From positions 1-33,654 of the forward strand of contig CAZHYP010000002.1 of NCBI GenBank assembly GCA_964536885.1: a DNA stretch of 33,654 bases. Direction: 5' to 3'. The DNA comes from an uncultured Gammaproteobacteria bacterium (GTDB lineage: Bacteria > Patescibacteriota > Patescibacteriia > Patescibacteriales > UBA12465). A model generated the notes under the pieces. The model saw only the letters and a program-made list of their open reading frames with translations. It ran no database searches and was not told where the DNA came from. This document shows, one piece after another, positions 16,974-25,277 of the stretch. Each line of letters begins with the position of its first letter. Within the stretch, counting starts at the first letter, position 1. The position numbers and the translations under genes were made by a program.

Positions 16974-17002
16974 ATTTTAGCATAACCATAGTAACAAGAC
17001 AA
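16974..17002 (-). promoter_or_regulatory. sigma70-like promoter of the pilin-like array
   Basis: Minus strand: TTGTCT, 17-nt spacer ending TGC, TAAAAT. About 45 nt upstream of the P1 ATG. Confidence 0.55.
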
Positions 17003-17022
17003 ATAAACAAAGGGTATATTTC

Positions 17023-17364
17023 TTAAATGTCAAGGTAGTGTTTAAGTCTGATAGCGCGCCTGTCTTTTGCTTCGATGATTATCAAATCCAATCTGGTTTG
17101 TTGGTATTTAAAATGGTGCAAACGACAGTATTCTCGGAGCACCAAACGGAGTCTGGAAACCTGATTGGCCCCTAAAACTGTAAATGGTGGGCCTAAATTG
17201 GTTCTAGTCTTTACCTCAAAACCAACAACAACTTCTTTAAAGGCAATAATATCCATTTCCTTGTGCCCGTTTCGCCAATTTGTTTCTAAAATAGTATAAC
17301 CCTTGTTTTCCAAATATTTTTTAGCCACCCTCTCTCCCCAATTGCCAATAATTTTTTTATCCAT
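17023..17364 (-). CDS. yraN: YraN-family (UPF0102) endonuclease-like protein
   Basis: GNWGERVAKKYLENKGYTILETNWRNGHKEMDIIAF...VGFEVKTR matches the YraN pattern. Start placed at ATG 17364 (MDKKIIG), just after the upstream terminator. Confidence 0.8.
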   Translation of the reverse strand: MDKKIIGNWGERVAKKYLENKGYTILETNWRNGHKEMDIIAFKEVVVGFEVKTRTNLGPPFTVLGANQVSRLRLVLREYCRLHHFKYQQTRLDLIIIEAKDRRAIRLKHYLDI

Positions 17365-17365
17365 A

Positions 17366-17393
17366 TAAAAACCCCTCACAATGGAGGGGTTTT
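17366..17393 (-). terminator. intrinsic terminator abutting the yraN start codon
   Basis: Minus strand: CCCCUC-CAUUGU-GAGGGG followed by UUUUUAUAUG, where AUG is the yraN start. Confidence 0.6.
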
Positions 17394-17419
17394 GTGACTT
17401 AAACTAATTTTTTGAAAAC

Positions 17420-17803
17420 TTATGGTAAGTATTTTTTTATCTCATCGACCTCTGATTGGTCTTTTTTGGTAGCAACTATTTTTTTTGCTTTAACCAAAAT
17501 TCCAGCCAACCAAGCAATCATGACAATTATCCAAATTAAATACCAGAAATAGGCGGAGAAAAAGGGAATGATTTCGTAGTTAAAAAATAATAGCATCAAA
17601 CCAATAATAGCGTTTGAAAGACTGAAATTATAAAGGTTAGAAAATAGACGACGGTAAGAATTTTTTTTTCTTTTGGCAATAAAAGTTACAATCGCGGCCA
17701 CGATTAAAGCAATGATGAAGCCAATAAAGATGTTTCTAGGGGTAGAACCCATACTGCCCGGTCTCAAATTGAACCAAAAAGTTAAGGTAAGTAATGTTGA
17801 CAT
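17420..17803 (-). CDS. hypothetical small membrane protein (about 3 TM helices)
   Basis: Hydrophobic helices IFIGFIIALIVAAIVTFI, AIIGLMLLFFNY and FWYLIWIIVMIAWLAGILV. Start trimmed to ATG 17803 to avoid overlap with the upstream methyltransferase gene. Confidence 0.4.
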   Translation of the reverse strand: MSTLLTLTFWFNLRPGSMGSTPRNIFIGFIIALIVAAIVTFIAKRKKNSYRRLFSNLYNFSLSNAIIGLMLLFFNYEIIPFFSAYFWYLIWIIVMIAWLAGILVKAKKIVATKKDQSEVDEIKKYLP

Positions 17804-17807
17804 AGAA

Positions 17808-18359
17808 TTACAGTTTTTTAAGGATGAAGGCGTGATAGTTTGTTCCGACCTCAAATTCCTCAATAATAGTTAGACTTAATTTAGGGGCAGCCTGTTTCAA
17901 GGCCTCTGTTTTTACTCGATATTCTAATTTAGGACCAAATAGCAAATCATCACTCTTCCAGTCGACGATTAATAATTTTCCACCGGTCTTTAACATTCTA
18001 ACAGCTTCACGAATAATCTCAACCTTTTTCTCGGACTGACTTAAAATATTGATCATTAAAGCGGTATCGACACTCGAAGCTTCTATTTTAGTACCTTTAA
18101 ATATTTCTAAATTACTCCAAATAGTTTTTATTTGTGGAAAATTCTCAGTGTGAGCTCGTCTTTTTATCTCATCTAAAACAAATGGCAAAATATCAATAGC
18201 GTATAAGGTTCCATTCTTACCAATTAACTTAGCAACCGGAAAAACGAAATGACCAAAGTGGCCACAACCGAGCTCGGCGATTGTTTGACCTTCCTTTATT
18301 GCTATTTTATTTAAAATTAGATTTATGTCAAACATTTTTGTTGCTGGATTATTAGGCAT
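17808..18359 (-). CDS. class I SAM-dependent methyltransferase
   Basis: 183 aa. Motif I IAELGCGHFGHF, followed by YAIDI (motif II) and GGKLLIVDW (post-motif). Confidence 0.7.
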   Translation of the reverse strand: MPNNPATKMFDINLILNKIAIKEGQTIAELGCGHFGHFVFPVAKLIGKNGTLYAIDILPFVLDEIKRRAHTENFPQIKTIWSNLEIFKGTKIEASSVDTALMINILSQSEKKVEIIREAVRMLKTGGKLLIVDWKSDDLLFGPKLEYRVKTEALKQAAPKLSLTIIEEFEVGTNYHAFILKKL

Positions 18360-18373
18360 ATTTTTATATTTGA

Positions 18374-19036
18374 TTATTCGACTAATATTTGTCTTAAAAC
18401 CGATGCTTCGCCACTATACTTTTTTTTCGCTTTAATTACAATGTTATTTAATCCCTTTTTAAGATTAATTACGGTTTCAAACTGACCACGATTGGTGTTT
18501 AGAATTGCTTCACCATTAATGCTAAGTTCAGCTTCCGGTTCAGTGGTTCCTTTTATTTGAATAAAGTTTTCAGAAATTTTTAAGTTTTTATCTGGTTGGT
18601 AAACAATTAATTCTGGTGGAAAAACAATTTTTTTAAAGTAAAAAGCCAAATAAAGAATACAGGCTAAAAAAATTAGAATTAAGCCGATGTTCTTTATTAG
18701 TTTGGGGAAAACAATGAATTCTTGCTTTCTAACCACCTTTTGTGAAAAGGGGTCATTTACCTCATTGATAACTTCTAAATTTTCACTTAACCATTTTTTA
18801 ATCTCAGCTCCTGGTAAACCAACTAGCCGGGCGTATTCTTTTATGTAATTTTTACTATACAGTCCTGCTGGTAAACGATCAAACCGATCCTCCTCAATGG
18901 CTATTAAATATTCTAACCTAATATTCAGCTTGTGAGCTGCTACTTCTGGGGTTATTTGTCTTAGTTCGCGAGCAGCCTTTAATCTAGCGCCTAATCCGTG
19001 ACTATAGCAAAGGGCTTTTTTAGTAAATTCAGTCAT
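18374..19036 (-). CDS. RodZ-like HTH membrane protein
   Basis: 220 aa. N-terminal XRE-like HTH LGARLKAARELRQITPEVAAHKLNIRLEYLIAIEEDRFDRLP...YIKEYARLVGL, a single TM helix (IGLILIFLACILYLAFYF) and an extracytoplasmic beta-rich C-terminus. Confidence 0.6.
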   Translation of the reverse strand: MTEFTKKALCYSHGLGARLKAARELRQITPEVAAHKLNIRLEYLIAIEEDRFDRLPAGLYSKNYIKEYARLVGLPGAEIKKWLSENLEVINEVNDPFSQKVVRKQEFIVFPKLIKNIGLILIFLACILYLAFYFKKIVFPPELIVYQPDKNLKISENFIQIKGTTEPEAELSINGEAILNTNRGQFETVINLKKGLNNIVIKAKKKYSGEASVLRQILVE

Positions 19037-19038
19037 GG

Positions 19039-19440
19039 TTATTTGGTTGTGTTAACAGCGCCCGTTTTTTCATCCCATTTTACGCCCAGTCCACCAAAAA
19101 ACAAATTAATAATTAAGACGCTGGAGAAAACTAAAATTAAACCCATAACCGCCGCTTTGATTATTTCCATTCCTTTCTTTACATTGTTTTGATTGCCGGC
19201 TGATATTAAAAAAGTTACTCCGCCATAGACAAACATAACAAGAGACAGTGTTCCGACTAACCCTAAAATAATCTGCATTATATAGATAGCGTAATCGCGC
19301 ACATTATTTAAAGTGTAGTCACCACTCGCATATCCAGGATTTGAAGTGTCAACTAAACTAGCCGCTAAACATGAATTAACTAACATCAAAGATGATATTA
19401 AGAAAATTATTATTAACCCGCTTTTTATTGTTTTTTTCAT
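19039..19440 (-). CDS. divergent VirB2/TrbC-like two-helix pilin paralogue P7
   Basis: 133 aa. Signal peptide ending CLA/AS, variable segment, TM1, loop GGVTFLISAGNQNNVKKGMEIIK, TM2. Same architecture as P1-P6 with a degenerate motif. Confidence 0.5.
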   Translation of the reverse strand: MKKTIKSGLIIIFLISSLMLVNSCLAASLVDTSNPGYASGDYTLNNVRDYAIYIMQIILGLVGTLSLVMFVYGGVTFLISAGNQNNVKKGMEIIKAAVMGLILVFSSVLIINLFFGGLGVKWDEKTGAVNTTK

Positions 19441-19445
19441 ATTTT

Positions 19446-20813
19446 TTAGTTGATTGTTTGTTGAACTTTAGAGGCGCCATCATTTAAAACGTCAAAAATT
19501 CTATCACCGGCGTTGGCGGCGGCATCAATCATTTCCGAGATTGCTCCTTCAGCATCAATAATACTTCGTCCACGATACCAACTTTTAGCGCTTAAAATTT
19601 GTTCTGCAAAAACACCTAAATCTTCACTGTCTTTTTGAGAATTAATTAAAGATTTAAGGGCGGTTGGTTTCTTGGTTTTTTCTAAATATATTTTAGCATT
19701 CTCTTCCTTAGTTAAGAATTGAATAAAGTCCCAAGCTTCGTTAGGGTGTTTACTTTTTTTAGAAACAGCATCAACCCAGTAATTAGCAAAATTTATTTGT
19801 AGTGAATTACCTTCTATTTGTGGTAGTTTAGCGATGCCAAAATTTAATTTCGGAGCCTGAGCACGAATTTGTTCGACATTAAATGAATAGCCAAAGAACA
19901 TAGCTAGGTTACCGCTGGTAAAAGCTTCTAAAGCATTTGGCATTTCATTGTTCCAGGAGTAAACCTCTTTATTTGGGTTAGCAAAATCAGTATAAAAACG
20001 TAGAGCCTCAAGTCCTGGGTTATAGTTATTCGACATGGTTTCTGGAATTGCGTGGAAAGTGACCTGATTACCGCTGGTCATCACAGCTCCATTTTGCATC
20101 ATTAAAACGGAGAGAATATCACTAAAGCGATTGATGTTTTTTGAGGTGCCAAGAGCCACGCCAGACTGAACTATGCCCGCTTTTGGATCTTGTTTAGTTA
20201 ACTTCTTCACATCTTGTTGAAATTCTTTATTCCAATAAGCTGGAGCGGCAGTGATGCCAGCATTGTTTAGTAAGTCTCGATTATAATATAGAGCTAAAGT
20301 ATCAACTGATAGTGGCAAGCCGTAGATTTTACCATCTTCTAGAACAACGTCAGAATAAACAACATCCGCAAAGGTGTTTCTTAAATCACGAATTGTCAGA
20401 CTTTTAGTAGTTTTAAGCTGAGGTACTACCTCTTTTTGGATGGTTCCGGTTTCAACCATATAAGCCATGGTAATTTCTGCCGGCATCGGAGTTAATTTTG
20501 TTTGATACTTTTTTATCCAAGTGTTTTGAATGGCAAAAATATCTGGACCGCGATCCTCGGCCCAAGCGTTAAGTAACTCGTTCTCATATTCTTCATAACG
20601 GAACTTTTTGTATTCAATATTAATGTTGGGGTGTAGTACTTTGTATTTAGCAATAATGTCGTCAAAAGCGTCGCTATCATCAAAAGCCTGCCAGAATACT
20701 AAGGTAATTGGCTTGCTGGCTTCTTGAGTTGCTTGGCTAGATGTTTTGCAACCAAAGCCAGCTGTTAAGACAAAAACTAGCAATAACGAAAAAGCAATTA
20801 TTTTTTTAGACAT
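19446..20813 (-). CDS. extracellular solute-binding lipoprotein (ABC family 1, sugar-type)
   Basis: 455 aa. Lipobox LTAGFGC, then ITLVFWQAFDD...YKKFRYEEYENELLNAWAEDRGPDIF, typical of SBP_bac_1. No permease or ATPase partner in the window. Confidence 0.75.
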   Translation of the reverse strand: MSKKIIAFSLLLVFVLTAGFGCKTSSQATQEASKPITLVFWQAFDDSDAFDDIIAKYKVLHPNINIEYKKFRYEEYENELLNAWAEDRGPDIFAIQNTWIKKYQTKLTPMPAEITMAYMVETGTIQKEVVPQLKTTKSLTIRDLRNTFADVVYSDVVLEDGKIYGLPLSVDTLALYYNRDLLNNAGITAAPAYWNKEFQQDVKKLTKQDPKAGIVQSGVALGTSKNINRFSDILSVLMMQNGAVMTSGNQVTFHAIPETMSNNYNPGLEALRFYTDFANPNKEVYSWNNEMPNALEAFTSGNLAMFFGYSFNVEQIRAQAPKLNFGIAKLPQIEGNSLQINFANYWVDAVSKKSKHPNEAWDFIQFLTKEENAKIYLEKTKKPTALKSLINSQKDSEDLGVFAEQILSAKSWYRGRSIIDAEGAISEMIDAAANAGDRIFDVLNDGASKVQQTIN

Positions 20814-20896
20814 AATATTAAAACCCGAGTTTTAAAAGTTTTCGGGTAAGTACTTAAGTGTTTTTATTATACCAAAAAAAGAGAAAAGAATAAAAT

Positions 20897-20924
20897 AAAA
20901 ATCCGCTTTAGAAGCGGATTTTAT
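20897..20924 (-). terminator. intrinsic terminator downstream of smc
   Basis: ATCCGCTT-TAG-AAGCGGAT, with a U-rich run on the minus strand (UUUUAUUUUAUU). Confidence 0.75.
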
Positions 20925-20932
20925 TTAAGAGT

Positions 20933-23900
20933 TTATTTGCTTTTAACGTCTTCTAGTTTAACGCTCAGTAGTTTACTAATACCGTCTGATTGCATCGTTA
21001 CTCCGTAAAGGATATTGGCTCGTTTCATTGAGGCGCGGTTATGAGTAATAACGATAAACTGGGTTTGATTAGACAGGTCATCAAGAATCTGAGCTAGGCG
21101 TTCGGAATTGGCTTCATCAAGGGCGGCGTCAACTTCATCTAAAACCACAAACGGTGATGGATTGGCGCTGATAATAGCACAGATAAGAGCAATGGCGGTT
21201 AAAGCACGTTCGCCGCCTGACAGCATTGAAATGGTGCCAATTTTTTTGCCAGGAGGGGTGGCTTGAATTTCGATGCCGGATAATCCCAAAGCATTTCTCT
21301 TTTTAAGTAGTTTAACTTTTCTTAAATTATCAGTGCTTGGATTATTATCGGTTGTTTCAGCTCCTTCAGTGGCCGTCTTTTCTTCTTCAGTTAATTTAAA
21401 TATTTTGGCAGTGCCGCCGTTAAATAAAATTTTGAAGTATTCACTGAACTTTTCCGAAATAATATTAAACTCTCTGTCGAAACGGTCTTTGATGTTAACA
21501 TCAAGTTCGGAAATAATTTTTTCCAGTGATTTAACGGCACTATTTAAGTCATCGGTTTGCTTACTTAAGAAATCGTAGCGCTCTTTAGTCTCGTTAAATT
21601 CTTTTTCGGTTTCAGGATCAATGCCGCCAATCATTTCTAATTGATTTTTGCATTCAGTTAAGCGTTTGTGCCAACGATTAATATCAATTGGCTCTTCAGT
21701 TATTTTATGATTTTTAATCTCCGTTAAACTAAGTTCATCGTTGCGGATATTGTTTTCTAAATCTTCCAATTTAGTTTCTTGACGAGTCGCTTCAATTTTT
21801 AAATCATTAAGTTCAGCAGATAGTGAATTAATTTCGTGTTGAATTTCTTGAAGTCTTTTTTGTAAATCAAACATCTGAGCCTTTTCGGCTTCTTTAGCTT
21901 CGTTTAATTTAGTAATTTTAGCTTCTAGGTCATCAATTTCAACTTGAATCTTTTCTAATTTAGAATTTATTTCCGCTTTTTCTTTTTCAATACCTGAGGC
22001 ATCAAACTTAATCTGGCTTTTAGCAATTTTTACTTCAATGTCGGCGATTTCTTTTTTGACTTGAGCTTCTTTTTCTTGAAGAAGACGCATTCTCTCACGA
22101 GCCGAAGACATCTTTAAGCGATATTCATTAATTTTATTTTGAATATTTTGTTTTTTCTCTTGTAGTTCTCTGGTTTGTCCCTTAGGATATAACTCTTTAA
22201 TTTCAGTTTCTAAATTATTTATTTGTTTAGCGAGATTATTTTTTTCTGCTTCTAAACTTGAGGCATCAAACTTAATTTGGCTTTTGGCAATTTTTACTTC
22301 AAGGTCGGCAATTTCGCGGTCGCTTTGTTTCTTCTTGTCTTCAAGTAATCTAAGACGTTCACCGGTGCCAGACAGCTTTAAACGTTCTTCGTTTAATTGA
22401 TTGTTTAAAGTTTGACGTTCTTCGCTCAAGCTAATAATTTCATCTTGAATTTCTTTAACACGATTTATCTTGTCTGCATTTTCATCGGCTAAGTGTTCTC
22501 TAATTTGATCTTGAAAATTATTTTTTGCCTCATCAAGTAAGGTTTTCATTTTAACCAAGTCGCTTTCTTTTTTTATTTCTTCTAAACGAGCCAAGAATTC
22601 ATCGACAATGCGACTAATTTCTTCACGATTATTTTTAACTACTCCTGGTTTTTTTAATTCATTTTTTATAGCCTCTACTTCTTGGTTTAATTTGTTTAAA
22701 TGAGTGGTAACAACATTTAATTTCTCTCTTAAATTATTTTCAATATCACGATTATTATCTTTTTGTAGAGTAGTAATTTCTTCATTTAAAGCCTCGAGTT
22801 CGGCAATTAACTCTTCTTTTTTATTATTAAGCCAAGAAACATCATATTGTCCTTGAGCTTCTAAATTGGCTTCAATAGTCGCTTCAATCTTAGTAATTTG
22901 ACGCGCAAAATCATTTTTAGAATTTTCTTTACGTTCAATTTCTCGACGCACTTCATAAGCCTGATTAATTTCTTTCTCAATGACTGTTAATTCTTCTTGA
23001 TAAGATTTTTCTTCTTGGTTGTTTTGAGTATATTCTAGAGAAGCAATTTCGCTGCTAATCTTTTCTAAATCAGAATTTAGTTCACTATGTTTATTATTAA
23101 GCCAGGAAATATCAAATTGCCCCTGAGTTTCTAGTTGAACCTCGAGCTCGGCTTGTAATTTTGCTAGTGATTTATGTAAAGAATTTTTTTCAGCCTCAAG
23201 CTCTTTAAGACGAGGTTGCAGGGTGTTTATCTCTTGGAAATTATTAGTATTTTTGATGCGATTTAATTCTTCATTTAATTTGTTTAGTTTATCTTCGCGG
23301 TCAATTTTAATTTTTTCTAGTTCTAAAAATTTGGCGTTAGCGGCCTCTAATTTAGTATTAGCTTCTTGATATAAGAAATGATAATAATTAAATTGATTGC
23401 TAACCAGTTCGGCTTCAATTTCACTGCGGCGTTTTAATTTTTCAACTTGTCTAGTTAAACTTTTTAAGCGCGGACGAATTTCAGATAACAACATTTCCAC
23501 TTGTTGCAAGTTTTCATAAGAGCCCTCTAATTTATTAAGAGACATTTCTCTTTTAATTTGAAACTGTTTAACGCCGGTCGCTTCATCAAAAAAATCTTTA
23601 CGTTCAGAGGCGCTAGTGTTTAAAAAGTTTTCTACCATGCCCTGACCAATAACGCTGTAAGTTTTTTGACCAACACTGGCTTTAGCAAGCAACATTTGAA
23701 TATCAGCCAAGCGCACCCTCTTATTATTAATCAAATATTCACTGTCGCCACTACGATAAATACGACGAGTAATGATTATTTGCTCTGCTTTTAAAAATTC
23801 CCGAACTAGGTCGAAATCGTTTTCTTCTTTTGGATCTTCGCTGTCGATTTTGTTTTCATCAAAATTACGTAAGGCACTTTTATCAGCATTGTTTAAAATT

Positions 23901-24166
23901 AAAGAGACCTCAGCAAAGCTCAGTTGATTTTTTTGATCAGACCCAGAGAATATTACGTCTTCACTTTTTTTACCTCTTAAAGTTTTTAAACTTTGTTCAC
24001 CGAGTACCCAACGAATGGAGTCAGCGATATTTGATTTGCCAGAGCCATTTGGTCCAACAATGGAAGTTAGTCCTCTTTTTCCGCCAGCAATTAAACCGGG
24101 GAAAATTAAACTATTTTTATTAGCAAAGGATTTAAATCCTTGAATTTCTAATTTTTCTAAATACAT
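20933..24166 (-). CDS. smc: SMC chromosome condensation ATPase, apparently hinge-less
   Basis: 1077 aa. N-head LEIQGFKSF...IVGPNGSGKSNIADSIRWVLGEQS. C-head signature LSGGERALTAIAL, Walker B FVVLDEVDAALDE, and ITHNRASM. About 330-aa heptad-rich arms on each side of KKPGVV (aa 505-510). No globular hinge seen. Confidence 0.85.
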   Translation of the reverse strand: MYLEKLEIQGFKSFANKNSLIFPGLIAGGKRGLTSIVGPNGSGKSNIADSIRWVLGEQSLKTLRGKKSEDVIFSGSDQKNQLSFAEVSLILNNADKSALRNFDENKIDSEDPKEENDFDLVREFLKAEQIIITRRIYRSGDSEYLINNKRVRLADIQMLLAKASVGQKTYSVIGQGMVENFLNTSASERKDFFDEATGVKQFQIKREMSLNKLEGSYENLQQVEMLLSEIRPRLKSLTRQVEKLKRRSEIEAELVSNQFNYYHFLYQEANTKLEAANAKFLELEKIKIDREDKLNKLNEELNRIKNTNNFQEINTLQPRLKELEAEKNSLHKSLAKLQAELEVQLETQGQFDISWLNNKHSELNSDLEKISSEIASLEYTQNNQEEKSYQEELTVIEKEINQAYEVRREIERKENSKNDFARQITKIEATIEANLEAQGQYDVSWLNNKKEELIAELEALNEEITTLQKDNNRDIENNLREKLNVVTTHLNKLNQEVEAIKNELKKPGVVKNNREEISRIVDEFLARLEEIKKESDLVKMKTLLDEAKNNFQDQIREHLADENADKINRVKEIQDEIISLSEERQTLNNQLNEERLKLSGTGERLRLLEDKKKQSDREIADLEVKIAKSQIKFDASSLEAEKNNLAKQINNLETEIKELYPKGQTRELQEKKQNIQNKINEYRLKMSSARERMRLLQEKEAQVKKEIADIEVKIAKSQIKFDASGIEKEKAEINSKLEKIQVEIDDLEAKITKLNEAKEAEKAQMFDLQKRLQEIQHEINSLSAELNDLKIEATRQETKLEDLENNIRNDELSLTEIKNHKITEEPIDINRWHKRLTECKNQLEMIGGIDPETEKEFNETKERYDFLSKQTDDLNSAVKSLEKIISELDVNIKDRFDREFNIISEKFSEYFKILFNGGTAKIFKLTEEEKTATEGAETTDNNPSTDNLRKVKLLKKRNALGLSGIEIQATPPGKKIGTISMLSGGERALTAIALICAIISANPSPFVVLDEVDAALDEANSERLAQILDDLSNQTQFIVITHNRASMKRANILYGVTMQSDGISKLLSVKLEDVKSK

Positions 24167-24245
24167 AGGGTAAGGCGTTGCACTTAGGCAAACATTGTTT
24201 TATGATAGTTATATAATAAACGTTTATCACTTAAAAGACAACCAG

Positions 24246-24821
24246 ATGATTATTTCAATTGGCGGCGATCTTGGGTCAGGAAAAAGCACTTTAGCCAAAA
24301 AAATAGCCGAAGTTTTAGGCTGGAACAGATATTATATGGGGCAGCTGCATCGTGATATGGCCGCTCGAAACGGAATGACGCTCGCTGAACATAATAAATT
24401 AGCTGAAAGTGATCCCAAAATTGATTTAGAAGTTGACCAGTATCAAAAGAAACTAGGAGAAACCGAGGATAACTTTATTATTGAGGGCCGAACCTCTTGG
24501 TATTTTATCCCTCACTCTTTAAAATTCTATATTAAAGTTGATGAAAATGTTGGAGCTGAGCGAGTTTTATTGGCAAAGAGAGAGGGCGAGGATAAGGAAA
24601 TGGATACAGTTGAAAAAGTTTTAAGCAGTTTGCAGGCTCGAAAGATTAACGAAAGAAAGCGTTATTTAGACTTTTTTGGCATAGATGTTTATGATAGAAA
24701 AAATTATGATTATGTCATTGATACGACCAATATGACCCCGGAGCAGGTTTTTAACGAAGTTTACACAATAATCAGCAATAAGCTGGCAGAGACTCAAACC
24801 ATTGACAAGCAAAGAATTTAA
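24246..24821 (+). CDS. cmk: cytidylate kinase, archaeal-type (Cmk2 family)
   Basis: MIISIGGDLGSGKSTLAKKIAEVLG P-loop, then ...EHNKLAESDPKIDLEVDQYQKKLGE..NFIIEGR and ERKRYLDFFGIDVYD...YDYVIDT. Start placed at ATG 24246 rather than the TTG at 24195. Confidence 0.7.
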   Translation: MIISIGGDLGSGKSTLAKKIAEVLGWNRYYMGQLHRDMAARNGMTLAEHNKLAESDPKIDLEVDQYQKKLGETEDNFIIEGRTSWYFIPHSLKFYIKVDENVGAERVLLAKREGEDKEMDTVEKVLSSLQARKINERKRYLDFFGIDVYDRKNYDYVIDTTNMTPEQVFNEVYTIISNKLAETQTIDKQRI

Positions 24822-24901
24822 TTATAATATTAAACAAGACAAAAAATATTTATTAAGATAAACGAGTTTTAAAGAACTCGTTTGTGAAATTTTATACTAA
24901 T

Positions 24902-25264
24902 ATGGCTGAAAAAAAAGCTACTCTAGCTGAGGAAGTAACAGACAAGGATATGGAGTTAAAACCAGGTCTAACTGTTAGAGTTCACCAAAAGATTAAAGAA
25001 CTTAATTCTAAAGGCGAAGAAAAAGAAAGAATTCAATATTTTGAAGGTATTATTATTGCTAGAAAACATAATAAAGAAATTGGAGCAACTATTACTGTTC
25101 GTAAGGTTTCCGATGGTATTGGCGTTGAAAAAATCTTCCCATTAAATTTACCTACCATTACTAAGGTTGAAGTTAAAAAGAAGGCGGCGGTTCGTCGTGC
25201 TAAATTAACTTTCTTAAAGAAGGAAGGTAAAACCAAGAAACTTAAAGAAACTGTAGTTCGCTAA
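24902..25264 (+). CDS. rplS: 50S ribosomal protein L19
   Basis: GLTVRVHQKIKE...ERIQYFEGIIIARKH...GATITVRKVSDGIGVEKIFPLNLPTITKVEV...RRAKLTFL. Start placed at ATG 24902 rather than the GTG at 24884. Confidence 0.95.
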   Translation: MAEKKATLAEEVTDKDMELKPGLTVRVHQKIKELNSKGEEKERIQYFEGIIIARKHNKEIGATITVRKVSDGIGVEKIFPLNLPTITKVEVKKKAAVRRAKLTFLKKEGKTKKLKETVVR

Positions 25265-25277
25265 ACTTTCAGTTTTT

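Noticed and set aside
21273-24123. Plus-strand ORFs 21273-21578 and 23830-24123 inside smc.
   Set aside because: They are antisense artefacts of a long coiled-coil gene.
24860-24883. 9-bp hairpin AAACGAGTT-N6-AACTCGTTT just upstream of rplS. It could be the cmk terminator or an L19 autoregulatory leader.
   Set aside because: There is no U-tract beyond the stem and I cannot match it to the known L19 leader by eye. I leave it unassigned.
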